Below are positions 12,438 to 24,987 of a stretch of DNA of 64,000 nt, in pieces. The stretch's first letter is position 1; every line of letters starts with the position of its first letter. Below the pieces are notes generated by a model. That model did not search any database and was not told the DNA's origin. It worked only from the letters and a program-made list of their open reading frames with translations. The position numbers and the translations under genes are program-made. Source of the DNA: Calcarisporiella thermophila CBS 279.70 (Eukaryota; Fungi; Calcarisporiellomycota); contig NW_027192214.1 of assembly GCF_041956535.1 (NCBI RefSeq), forward strand, positions 159,687-223,686, in the 5' to 3' direction.

Positions 12438-14228
12438 ACCCAAGAAAACAACCAGTATAAATACACTATTTATGTTGAGAGTTGGGACGAGCTAAAATAT
12501 TGAACACTGTTTGATGGTGATATATTTCATTCTAGGTTTATTGTAAGTCTCTCTGTTCTTCAGTAATACTCAAAAAGCCCAAGCTTCTACCAACTAATAT
12601 TGATTATCAAGCTATATAGTATATATACTTCGATTATCTTGATAAACTTTAAAAAGATATCAAGGCATTTTGTCTATTTCCGTACGCATAGTTTGTATAA
12701 AAGGAGAAGTTTATTTGGGAAATGACTTAGGGAAATGCCTGAAAAATAGTACGAGGAAATGGATCAGAATCAAGTATAACGGTGAAGGGACTCATCTACT
12801 CCCCATTGATCTCTCTACTAGAGAGAAAGTGGTAGGCTCATTTTTTATAGGCTTTAACCTCTAGGGAACTTATCAATTACCGATGTACCATTTAAGGTTA
12901 TTAAGATCCTTTGTGTTAAGTGTATTGTGTTGTTTTATTAACATTGCACAGAAAACTCCCCTTATTGTCCATTGGTAACAAAAAGACCATATCAAGTGTC
13001 AAGGTTGATATATTGCGTCCTGTTGAAGCAGTTGCATGGGAGGATTCCTGAAAGATTCATAGTTTTATATAGGTAACAGAGTATTGATATAGTATTCAAT
13101 GTAGCTTTTCTACTTTAGAAGCTCGAAAATATTATTCCGAATGCGACTCCTTATATGGAATTTATTAAGTTAATTTGTCACAGCTGCAATCATCACCACA
13201 ACCATGAATTTAACCGTTCGCTGGCATGCATTTTTCGACATTTAACCCTCTTTAAATCTAAGCCACCACAGATCTATCCAAGTATACATAAATCTCGATT
13301 CCTGACCATTCTAATTAGAGATGTCGCTACGGGCAAACTAAGTGGCCCAAAGGCTGGATCAGCCTGGAAAAACGTGCAGATACCCACTCAATGATTTGAA
13401 AACAATACACTAAGAATATTCGGCTTCATTTTCTCCGGTTTCTTTCATGGCTGCTATGCCCTCTGTCATGCTGTATTATCTAGCCGCAAGTTAGGGAAAT
13501 TTTGAAATAAACTAGAGGTGACAGGGGTCCCCTGCAGCGTCCAGTCTTCAAATCCTCTCAAACCTGGGCAATAGCTTCATTACTTGGCTCTTTCGTGGAA
13601 TAGGCCAGTCTGCATTCCACAAAACGAGTAACTAGTGGGGGGGGGGTCTGTCGCTGAGGCGATTTCGGATGAGCGTCTGGGAATATAGCTTCTGCCATTC
13701 CAATGACTTTTTATTGAGGTTAAAAATAGACTGCAAATCGGTGTGAACGGCAGTCTGACCGGTTTCAATCATTATAGTCTCATTGTATCAGCAGATTTGT
13801 AAGCATATGCACGCACGTATTCGCGCCAAACCTACTTCACTAGAATGGCTGGCTTGGTTTGCTCTGGGTGGCACGGGAGGCCTGGAGCGCTGGTGCTGGA
13901 CTAGCCGCTGTCAGCTAGTGCGATTCCAGCAGATTTCGCGGCGGGACGTTGCACGAGTTAATTGTAATAAAACCTCGGTTAGATCATGGATTGCTTATTT
14001 GAATCTCCTTGTGCTCCTCTTCAAATAAGGCAAATATACAGATTTCTGATACCCGCCTTCAGAGGAGATCGCCTCTTTTATTGCACCACCACTTGCCGAT
14101 CGCTTATTTATTTTTTTTTCATTTTTCCTTGCCGATACTTGGAACAAACGAGCTGGGAGAATAATCAATCAGTATTCAATTGATACATTGTGTTGAAATT
14201 ATACCCAATTCAACCTTGCTCAAGGACG

Positions 14229-14261
14229 TATATATATATACTTTTATGTACATATATATAT
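14229..14261. repeat. Interrupted (TA)n microsatellite upstream of the C2H2 gene
   Basis: tatatatatata-cttttatgtaca-tatatatat. Confidence 0.6.
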
Positions 14262-14319
14262 CTAGGCCCTAATTATCGCTATTGTCTCATTGTATCTACC
14301 CTTCACTACACTTTACTCG

Positions 14320-15579
14320 ATGCAGCCGTCATCTTTCACTTTACCAAGCATTCACTCGTTACTCCAACCTCCGCGTGGATATAATGTTGAAGGTGAGTCG
14401 CAGATCCCTTAGCCAGTTCACCCCTCCCATATTCGTTTGACAATTGACTCTCCTTTCTCGCTAGACCCCCCTCCAGCCATCACATCTCCTTCCTTTCCTT
14501 TAGGCAGTCCGCCCGGCGCACAGAAGAGAGATATTTCCCACCATGTTGGACGACCAGCACCACACTCCAAGACTGGTTGGAGTCTCTCATCCTATACATT
14601 TCCACCACGAGATCCACATCCTAACCAACATGCCAGCCTCATACCCCCCGTCATTGGGCAGGTGACAACGGCATTTGCTCAGGCCCAAATCAATGACCAG
14701 GCTGATTTTCCAATGGGAAATGCACCCGAATCTCTCCTTCCACCGCCTCAGAATATTCCTGCCAGTAGTAGTGCAATTAACGGCCGGCATTCCCATTTAC
14801 GACAACATCAACATTCACTCTCCGTTCCTGATATGCCGCCTCCCCATATGACTCCCCTGATATTCCAGCAACACAATCCAGTAAGAAAATCAAAAACTAG
14901 GCCATCCCATCACCAACGCTCTGCTTCCGATTTCACACACCCGTATTCTTCAACTGGCTCCCTCTCCCCCACTTCCACTCCTCGTTCGACGGACGTTCGC
15001 CAGCGAAGAAAAGAAACCCATAGGCGCAATATGTCGCACACCAGCATAGATTTTATTATCCATCAGGATGAGGTAGACGGTAGAGATAGCCTAGAGGAGG
15101 AAGAGGAAGCTCAAGCTGCTGAAGACGAAGAGTTGCTTGCAAGCGGAGTAATAGAGCGAGGCGGAGATGACGCTGACGAGAATGAGAACTTTGCAACCTC
15201 CAGTTCAAAACGTCGCCTTCCGCGGCCAGTGCAAAACCGCTACCCCTGTCCGTATTGTCCGAAACGCTTTTCACGCCCCAGCTCCCTCAAAATCCATACC
15301 TATTCCCATACAGGCGAGCGACCGTATGTATGCTCAGAGGTAAATAGGCGATGCTTATCTGTTTAAGGGCCAGGTCGGTGAATGGCTAATAACGATCCTT
15401 TCCTCTCCCCCTACGCCCACTAACAGGAAGGCTGTGGTCGCTCTTTTTCAGTGCAAAGCAACATGCGGCGACATATGCGTGTGCACCGTCTTGGGCGCCA
15501 GGTGAAAAAATCAGGCAGACAACCGGCCACCGCTGAAGTAGAGGGTGACTCATCCTCGTCGTCAAACAACGTGGAGTGA
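14320..15579 (+). CDS. Two-finger C2H2 transcription factor (Nrg1/MtfA-like), 3 exons
   Basis: Exon 1 (14320-14392) MQPSSFTLPSIHSLLQPPRGYNVE splices in phase to the 14437 ORF. The fingers are YPCPYCPKRFSRPSSLKIHTYSHTGERPYVCSE|EGCGRSFSVQSNMRRHMRVH. Confidence 0.9.
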
Positions 15580-18045
15580 GGGGAAAATTGCTCGCTAGGA
15601 TATCATTTTATACTATTCTAAATTCCCTTGGTAAATTTGGTATATATTTCATTACGTAGACCAAGCCCTTATTTTTTTTTTCGTTGCCATTCCCACTATT
15701 CTTATTCTTTAATCAGATTTTCTTTGGGTTAAATATGAGTGCAACTTTTCGATTATATTATTTTTTATCCTTCAAGATCAATGAGAATGTGTAGTTTATT
15801 GTTTTTTTTCCTCTTCTTTTTTGTCGTCTTTCTATTTGCTGTAAATTTTTTCCTTCTAAATTTCACTTACGTCGTACTATTCTTTGATCCTATTTTTCAA
15901 CTTTTTTCTTTCTTCATTGTGTGAATAATAGTTTTTTTTTTTTGGTTTATAGTGTTTGCGTGACATTTTCTTGCGCTTTGTTTGTACTTGAATTCTTTTT
16001 TCGAATAAAGCCAAAATTAGCATGGTAGAGCTACTTTCATTGACTTCTCTCCTCCTCATGAGGATCGAATGGTACGCTTACGGTATTCCCGGTGGCTCTA
16101 TCTCGGATTTGGATTGGTATTAAACCCATTTCTAAACCCGTTCAAATCTCTGGGCAAAATCCGAAAGACAATACGTTGTGTATGTCCCAATAAAACGAAT
16201 CTGCATCCCCTCTTCAATATTCCCATAGAGCGACACGGCAAAAGCATCCAACTATAGCTCTGTGTCAGAGTCCAGTGTTTAGAGCCTTATTCACTTAGAG
16301 CTTTTGTCCTTTAAACCAACACAAAATCCAGCGTAGATAGCAAAACAGGGAGTTGTCTATTCAAAGAAATATAATTGGGAAAAAATAAATTATCATGAAG
16401 AATTACAGTAAATTGGTAGAAATAAAAGCTTCTATTCCATAGCAGACCAGACGTTTCTTGCTTTCACCAAAAGCAGAGCCAAAAGCCGGGCCATTCGGCC
16501 AGACTAATACAAACATGTACGGATAACAAAAAAGGAATGATGCAGCAGGCAGCCAGTGACATTGACTCATTTCCCTCATTTGCATAATGAAATGAGAACA
16601 CATTGGGACAAGGGAAGGGGCGTGCAAGGAGAACAAGGCTAGAAAACGGGAGTTGGTTTGGCTTTTTAATTTTAGATTAGCTGAGCTAAAAATTGAGAAT
16701 AAAGAGAATGAACAAAAAGCAGCAAGGCAAAAAAATGATAGAGAGCAAGCATCGAAAGGGCAAAGAGTTACTATGTATTTTTGGGTGGTAAAGATAGAAA
16801 ATAGGCAAGAAATACTAACTTAGATTGGAGTTTACTTCATTTCTTTTCCAATTCAAACATGATTCCATAGCTCTCGGTTGCCAACTTGACCACCTTTACT
16901 TTTATTATCCAATCACACCGCCGAAACTCAAACAGTATTGACCTCTTGACAAAGGCAAAATTTGAAATGTCCATTTTGTTTTCATACTTGTTTTGCTGCA
17001 TGCGCCTCAGTTGGCGCCTGCAGCTATTCATCGTTTCTGAATTTCGAGATTAGAGGTAGCTACTTTGATGGCTGCTGTTTTAGGGGTGGCGGTTGTAGAT
17101 GATATATGCCCATTGTTGGTCAACCTTTCATCACTTCAAGAAAAAGAATAACACACGCTAGCTATGAGAGCATCTTCACTGATGCTAAGTCCGGAACCCA
17201 AGCTCATGAGATCAATGGTATAGGGTGACCCTATGTTCATCTCTGAGGACCGGTCAATGGTATTGGGAAGACCAGGATGGTTGTGGGTTTCGAAAAGGCT
17301 AATTGGAAGAGAAAAATGTGCTCTTAGTAAGGCTTAAATTGTTCCATTAAAACAGAGGTGGCAACATCGAAGATTTTTTATGCAACCCACAGAAAAGGAA
17401 ATGTTAAGTGGACAATGCGAAAGCAAAAAAAAAACAAAAAAAAACAAAAGAGAAGTTGTAGAATGTAGCGACATAATACTGACGCCTTTGAAAGTAGCGC
17501 TTTTGACTCAACAAGACAGTAGTTCACGCATAAATATGAGGAGGAAGAGTGCCACTTGGGTTAGTTGGCGCATCGTGTTTTGGCAACTCTCTAGTTCAGC
17601 CCAAGGCTTTTTTATCGGATTACCTGAATCCGCCCCATACCTCTAAATGCTTATATCCACCACGCTAACAAAACCCAACGGTGAGTAGATTCAGTATCTT
17701 GAGCACCCCTCTGACCTCTTATCACTTCCAAACGCTTTGGAGAGATACAAGGCAAAGGGGATACGAGCGTAGCTACAATTGATATATTCTGCCACTTTTG
17801 AATAGAATTAAAAATTAAAAATCAAATATGAAAAATAATTTCTTTGGCAATAGAGGTAATATTATCATAGGGCGGGTATTAGAGATAATAAAGCCAGACA
17901 TGACAGTATAGCAATAGCTTAATGCGGTAGCTACCAAAAAATAGAGGTAGGAGCAAAAGCGGAATAAATATGCTAGCAAATCCTTTCGTTAAATAAGTAT
18001 GTATAAAAAGAGAAGAAGGGGGAGAAGGAGGGGTCAGTATAGTGT

Positions 18046-19900
18046 TTATGCTTCATCTGGTTTCATTGCGTAAATCTCCTCTTTGTTTTGCTCAACCTCG
18101 TTAGGGGGATAGCTGATTCTATGTTGGGGAGGAGACGGAGGAAGCGCAATACCCTGTGTATTCTCGTCAGGCGTATTGTAGTAAACAAATCCTGCGGCGT
18201 CGGGGGAGTAGTGAGTGGAAGAGTATCGAGGAGGCTGAGGTGAAGCAGATCTCATTGGTACGGCTCCGACTATACGATCAGAATCCTTGTCGGTGTATTT
18301 TGGCGCTGGAGGAAGCTCTTTTGGTGGCTCCTGTATTAGAGGTGGTGGTAAGTGTTGCTGTAGCTCCTGCTGTTGCTGTTCTTGGAGGGCAATTTTACGC
18401 CTCTTTACGAAAACGAAGAGCAAGGCTCCAATGATGAGAGCTCCACCGATACCAAGACCAAGTCCCAGTGCCATAGTATTAATGCCAGTAGTGGACTCTG
18501 AGGTTTGCTGCGAAGAAGGTGTCGCGGCATTTGGAAGGCTAGTGTTGGTGGAGGTAGTACTTTTGGCCGAGGGATCTAATTCATCCACATAGGTAAAGGT
18601 GTCGACGTCGAGGATTTGCATGCCGGGTTGGTAGTTGACTTTGTCGGGGGAGGAGGCTAAAGAGAAAAAGGCAGAGTTAGTGGAGAAAGATTTGCTCAGA
18701 GATAGTGTCCACAAATGGAGTTATGAATGAATGCTTTGCTTACCATGTATTCCTCCAACAGTAATCAGATACTTGTCATTATATAGGAAGGATGTATGCA
18801 TATAGCGCGAGTTGGGCGCACTCTTTATATCAGGGACAGACCATGTATACGTGGCAGTATCAAGTATTAGCAAGCTAGGAGAGGCAAACAAAAACGTATA
18901 GTCGATAACACCTCCATAGACTATAATCTTGGTGTCTCTTCGGACCGCAGAATGGCCTAGCCGTACTGAAGCCCCCGGTGGTAGTCCTTTCGTCGCCTGT
19001 ATTAAATACACATTGGGTAGCATAGCAAAGAGAATCGGTTAGCCTTTTATTTTTTGTGGGAACATGGGGTAGGAATTGGGAGAGCAAAAATGGGAGTGTA
19101 GAGGAAATAGAGGAGATAGCCCAGCAATCTTGAAGAAAACTTACCACTCTCTTCCAGGAGCCTGAGATGGGCTCAAAGACGTCCATGTTTTCCAGCCCGA
19201 AAACAGTAGTGTTTTTGTTTCCTACTCCTCCAATAACCACTAGAGTACCATCGGCCATGGCGGTCATGGTGTGTCTTACTCTTGGTTCCAGGGCTACCTT
19301 TGTTTGTACCTGGGCCCAATTGCCATAGTCATATTGATAGGTATAGAGTTCCGAATAATAATAGACTTCGCTCTTATTTGTCACGGTATTATCCGAAACA
19401 TAGTCTCGTAAACCTCCTAGCAGATAAAGTCTTCGGCCAAGTACCGTAGCAGCAAGTGCTCCCGCCCTTGTCCGAGGGGGCAAAATACCACTCTGAGTCG
19501 GTAGAGTCCACACGTTTTTGGCCATATCGCAGTCCAAAACATAATTGGTGTCGGGAGACATCTGTCCACCCACCACCACCAGATGCCCGTCCACCACGCT
19601 GGCGTAATTGTTGGTGCCGATGGGTAGAGACATCGCGGAAGGAGTGAATACCTGTTGCCATGGCGGCGATGCCGTTTTGAAACGAAGATTGAGAGAAAGA
19701 CTATACACCTCATTGGCTTTTCTTGTGATTTCGTTATTAACTGAAACAAATCCTCCATAGCAGATCAAAAGTTTCGTGCTGGGATCAAAACCACATGCGG
19801 AGCCGAAATGCGGAAGGGCCGATGATTGTTGAGAACGAACTAGGGTTTGTTGACAGCATAGGAGGAGCAATGCAAGAAATAGCCATCGATTTAGCCCCAT
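18046..19900 (-). CDS. Kelch-repeat beta-propeller type I membrane protein, paralog 1 (intact, 3 exons)
   Basis: Signal peptide MGLNRWLFLALLLLCC, Kelch blades (CYGG, VVVGG, LYLLGG, RVRHTM...VVIGG, RLGHSAV...IVYGG, RYMHTS...ITVGG), an S/T linker, TM ALGLGLGIGGALIIGALLFVFV-KRRK and a Pro-rich tail ending KPDEA. Introns are at 18997-19144 and 18657-18743. Confidence 0.9.
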
Positions 19901-19990
19901 TTCTCTCTTTGCGACAAAAGTCATGAGAGCACACTCGGATGGAGGGTTTGGAGCGCACTGTGAAAAATGGATGCAAAATGAATTTTCTCA

Positions 19991-20023
19991 ACTTTAATTT
20001 AATATCGCCACATTCGTGATTGG
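19991..20023 (-). promoter_or_regulatory. Conserved 33-bp promoter element, copy 1 (CCAAT box plus AT-rich TATA-like box)
   Basis: Minus-strand sequence CCAATCACGAATGTGGCGATATTAAATTAAAGT. It is identical to 22897-22929 and differs by one base from 24988-25020. Confidence 0.75.
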
Positions 20024-21034
20024 CAATCTTTGAGGCTGAGAGGTATTAAAATGGACAAAATACTGTGCTTTGATGCGGAGACGTGATCCTAGATGTTATT
20101 GTAACATTAAGGTACTTCACCAAAGATGTAGAACGAGACCAAGTAAACGAGGAAAAGAGAACAGTGAATTGCATTGATCAAATAATCTTGGAGTTACAGG
20201 TTTAGTATTAAGGTGAAAATACATTTATTAAATATATATGCCCGGTGTATATTATGTACAAAGGAAACGAGGAAAATAGAGCAGCGACGCAATATAACTG
20301 AAACTCTTCAGGATATTGAAACCTTGGGCATCCAGTCACGATGCTCCCGATTCTAAAATGACACTGTGAATGATGAATTCTTGTTAGAAATAATGCTGGC
20401 TTGATGTTTACATGCGATATGGGGAAGGGATGTTGCTCTGTATATTCTCCCCAGGCTTATTGACACAAATCGATCATAAGGATGCGGGGAAATAATAGTT
20501 TGGAGAGTTCTGAGAGGGTTGGGATCCAACCGCCCTTATGGAAACAGGCCCGCCCATACATCCGAGTTCTCCGCCAGGGTTAAATTTCGAAGGAGGTAGC
20601 TCTTTTAATGGTTCACGCATTTGAGGTGGCGACAGATATTGCGATATCTGAACAGGTTGATGTTGACATCGTGAGCTAACCTCCGTCTGGTCAGCATAGT
20701 TGACGCCTCCAGAGCTAAAGATTTTGATATCTCTGCGGACTACGGATTGTTCGATGCTAAAGTGTCCACTTCAAAATATTTAAAGGTGAAGCTGTAACTG
20801 ATAATTATTCGGTACTAGAATAAATGAGAATACATACAGAAATAGAAATCGACCCTTGTAATATGGATAGAGTATTCAAAGGGTAATAGAGATGAAGCAT
20901 AAATACGACTACAGAACAATATAGCGTAATAGTTTAGCAACGATGAGATAATTGCAAGAGCAAAAATGAGCCAGTCCCATATTAATTAAATAAGAGCGAA
21001 CATAGAAGAAGGAAAGATAAGGGTGTCACCACTT

Positions 21035-22820
21035 TCATTCTTCGTCTGGCTTCATCAATTGAACCTCCCCTCTGCTTTGCCTTACCTTAGAAGAATAGCT
21101 GATTTGATGTGTTGGAATAGGAGGGGGATGTGAAATGCTCTGAACAATCTCAATAGGTTTAAAGTCAAAAGGCCCTGAAACAGCGAAAGAGTAGTGAGAA
21201 GAAGTGTCTCAAGAGAATTGGAGCGTAGCAGATCCCTTGGGGATGGCCTCACCTATATTTTCGGATCCCATATTGGTGTTGGATATAGAAGTTGAAGGAA
21301 ACTCCTTTGATGGCTCATACATCTGAGATAGCTTTATCTCCTGCTGAGTTTGTCGAGCAACTTTTCGTCTTTTTATAAGAACAAACAGTAAAATCGAAGC
21401 GATGAGGGCACCCCCGCCGAGACCAAGACCGAGACCGAGACCTAATGCCATGGTATTTGGATCGCCATTGTTAGAGTTGGTAGGAGAAACTTGGATAAAA
21501 GGATCAAATTCGTCAACGAAGGTCAAGGTGTCGATATCGAGGATCTGCATGGAACCTCCATTGAGGAAATTGACTTCGTCAATTGATGATTCTATTGCAT
21601 ATAAGTAGGGGGATGGTTGAATTAGAAAAACCTCGCAGTCAAAGCAAATGAGAGAATGAAAATGAGGCCATTTCTTACTAGTTGCTCCGGATAAGGTGAC
21701 CAGATATTTGTCATTATACATGAAGGTAGTATGAGTAAAACGCGACTTTGATTCATTCTTTAATGTCGGAACGGACCATGTAAGCGTGGTTGTATCAAGT
21801 ACAAGCAGGCTGGGAAGAGAGAGCACCATTGCCTGGCCTATCCTAACGAATCCTCCATACACGAAAATTTGGGTGCCTTTACGGACAGCAGAATGGCCAA
21901 TTCGGGCTGACGCATTCACAGGCAACCCTTTTGTGGCCTATTTTGGAATCAGATGTAAAAGCCAAAGCAAGGTGAACACGTTAGTCTTAATTTTATCGGC
22001 GGTGATACAGGGGAGGATGAGAAGTGAGGATGGAGGGGCGATGAGCAGAGAGAAAATCCGCAATATTGGTGCCAAATTACCACTCTTTTCCAGGCGCCTG
22101 AGATGGATTCAATGACGTCCACATACTCTAACCCATATACTGTTTGGTTTCTTTCGCCTCCTATGACAATGAGTGTGTCGTCGGACACTGCTGTCATTGT
22201 GTGTAAAATTCTTGGCTCCAAAGCTACACTCGTACGTTCCAAAATCCAGTGACCATTATCATATTGATAAGAGTAGAGTTCTGGATAATAGAACTCTTGT
22301 TTCACGTCTGTTATGGTATCATCCAACAAAAAGTTGCGGACACCTCCTAGCAGGAAGAGATTTCGGCCATCTTTGGTAGAGGCTAGAGCTCCGCTGTGTG
22401 TACGAGGGGGTATGTTACCACTCTGTGGCGGCCGACTCCACACACTTTTTGCCACATCATAGTCCAACACATAACTGGTGTTGGGTGACATATACCCATC
22501 CAATACCACGAAATGCCCATCCACTATGCTGGCATAGTTCATTACTCCAACTGGCAGGGTCATCGTGGAGGGATTGGGGATTAGCCGCCAGGGGGGGAGG
22601 CCGTTTTAAAGCGGTGATTGAGTGAAAGGGTGTATACCTCATTAACATAAGATTGAGGAAAGCTCTTCCCCAAATCCACTCCTCCGTAGCAGAACAAAAG
22701 TTTTGAGCTGGGATCAAAAGCACAGGCTGAGCCATAATGAGGAGCGAGGTATTGGGCCTGCACTTGGGCCTGTTGGTAACAGAGGAATAACGCAAGCACC
22801 AGCCTGTGGTATTGGCCCAT
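21035..22820 (-). pseudogene. Kelch-TM paralog 2 with a homopolymer frameshift and a premature TGA
   Basis: Same exon structure as the neighbours. The G7 run at 22591-22597 needs G8 to read SPPWRLIPNPSTMTLP. An in-frame TGA at 21209-21211 aligns with CGA in paralog 1, and the frame continues beyond it to LMKPDEE* at 21035. Confidence 0.8.
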
Positions 22821-22896
22821 TTCCGTCTTCGTCGAGAATGAGATGAGAACACCCTGGAATGAATGGCGAGTGTGCAAAGTGAAGCTAGTCTTTCAG

Positions 22897-22929
22897 ACTT
22901 TAATTTAATATCGCCACATTCGTGATTGG
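22897..22929 (-). promoter_or_regulatory. Conserved 33-bp promoter element, copy 2
   Basis: Identical to 19991-20023 and 77 bp upstream of the paralog 2 ATG. Confidence 0.75.
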
Positions 22930-23246
22930 AGCATTCTGAGGCTGATGAGGTATCATGTAAAATCGGTGTTAAAAAAAAAAAAGGGAATTTTTATTGACAA
23001 GGGGCAATAAGCCGTTACGAAAATCCTAGATAACGGAAACCAGCAGAAACAAGAAACGAGCGGTACAGCGAAGACAATGAATTCAAGGGGTATTAGAGAT
23101 AAAGTTTAAATATGACTATAAAATTATCTAGTGTAAGAGTTATAAGAACGGAGGAAAAAATTGCAAGAGGGAAAATGGACTAGTCTACGCTAGTCAAATG
23201 AAAGTGAACATCAAAGAAGGAAGGAAAGATAGGAGTATCTAAACCT

Positions 23247-24913
23247 TCATTTTTCATCTGGCTTCGTCGAATAAATCTCCTGTCTGCTCTGAACCCCCTC
23301 ATTAGGCTTACCTAAAGGCTCCGAGGCGGCGGGAGAATAGTACGCAGAGGAATTTACTGGATCCCCGCCGGTATGGGGTTTAGTAGCTGAACGGGACTCC
23401 TTTGGTGGTCCATACATTTGAGATGGGAGATGATGTTGCCGAAGTCGCGTAACAGCCTTTCGTCTTCTTATGAGAACAAACAGTAAACTTGCGACTATAA
23501 GAGCGCCTCCACCGAGGCCGAGGCCGAGGCCGAGACCCAAGGCCATGGTATTCATGGTGGTGGTATTTGGATTGCTAATGCTAGGGATGGTGGCGGAACT
23601 CTGAACAGAGGGGTCGAATTCGTCAACGAAGGTCAAGGTGTCAATATCGAGGATTTGCATGGAACCTCCATTGAGGTAATTGGTTTCGTCAATTGCTGAT
23701 TCTACTGCGAAAAAACAGGAGAGCGGAGGAAATAAAAATAAGTGGACGACGCAAAAGAGGAATAGTAGAACGAAGCCATTTTTTTTACCAGTTGCTCCGG
23801 ATAGGGTGATCATATACTTTCCATCATATATAAAGGTGGCATGATTATAACGCGACTTTGGTTCATTCTTTAATGTCGGAGCCGACCATGTAAACGTGGT
23901 GGTATCGAGTATAAGCAGACTGGGAAGAGAAAGCACTTTCGCCTGGTCGGCTCTAAGAAATCCTCCATACACGAAAATATTGGAGCCTTGACGGACAGCA
24001 GAATGGCCCATTCGGACTGACGCATTCGCCGGTAACCCTTTCGTGGCCTATTTTGAAATTGGGGTTCAAGGCCAAAGCAAGGAGAACAGGTTAGTCTTGA
24101 TTTCATCGGTGGAGGTATGGGAAAGGGATTAGGTGTAGCGAGGAGAGAGCGGGGGACGACGAGTGGGAGGGAAAATCCGCAAGATTGACGCAAACTTACC
24201 ACCCTTTTCCAGGAGCCTGAGATGGGTTCAATGACGTCCACATACTCTAGCCCATACGCGGATTGTTTGCTTTCTCCTCCTATGACTATGAGCGTGTCGT
24301 CCGGCATTGCTGTTATCGTGTGGTGCACTCTAGGCTCTAATGGTACATTCATCCGAATCAACGTCCATTCGCCATAATCATATTGATAGGAATAGAGATC
24401 TGGGTAAAAATGTCTTTCACTCATTTCGTCACGTATACCACCTAGTAGATAGAGTTTTCGACCCCTTACGGAAGAGGCTATATCTCCAAACTCCGTACGA
24501 GGGGGTATAGAACCACTCTGTGGCGGCCGGCTCCATGCGCTTTTTGCCACATCATAGTCCAGCACATAACTGGTGTTGGGGAACATGTATCCACCCAATA
24601 CCACGAAATGCCCATCCATTGTGATGGCATAGTTTGTTCCTCCAACAGGCAGGGTCATTTTGGTGGGGTTGAGCATTTGTTGCCAGGAGGGTGAAGCCGT
24701 TTTAAAACGGTGATGGAGTGAAAGGGTATATACTTCATTGAAATACTTTGTGGAGCCGTCTTGCATTCTCTCCAATCCTCCGTAACAGAGCAAAAGTTTC
24801 GCGCTGGGATCAAAACCACAGGCTGCTCCGTAACTAGGTACGCGATATTGGGCGAGCACTTGGGTGTGTTGGTAACCGATGAGGACCAATGCAAACGCTA
24901 ACCAGCGGCCCAT
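23247..24913 (-). CDS. Kelch-repeat type I membrane protein, paralog 3 (intact, 3 exons)
   Basis: Signal peptide MGRWLAFALVLIGY, the same Kelch blades, TM ALGLGLGLGLGGGALIVASLLFVLI-RRRK and a tail ending KPDEK. Introns are at 24048-24199 and 23702-23788. Confidence 0.9.
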
Positions 24914-24987
24914 TTTTGTCTACTTCGAGAGTGGGATGAGAGCACCCTGGAATGATGGGAGAGTAGTAAAGGTTGGAAAACTCCAAA

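Noticed and set aside
17220-17234. 15-bp palindrome ATAGGGT-G-ACCCTAT
   Set aside because: A single occurrence, expected by chance in 64 kb.
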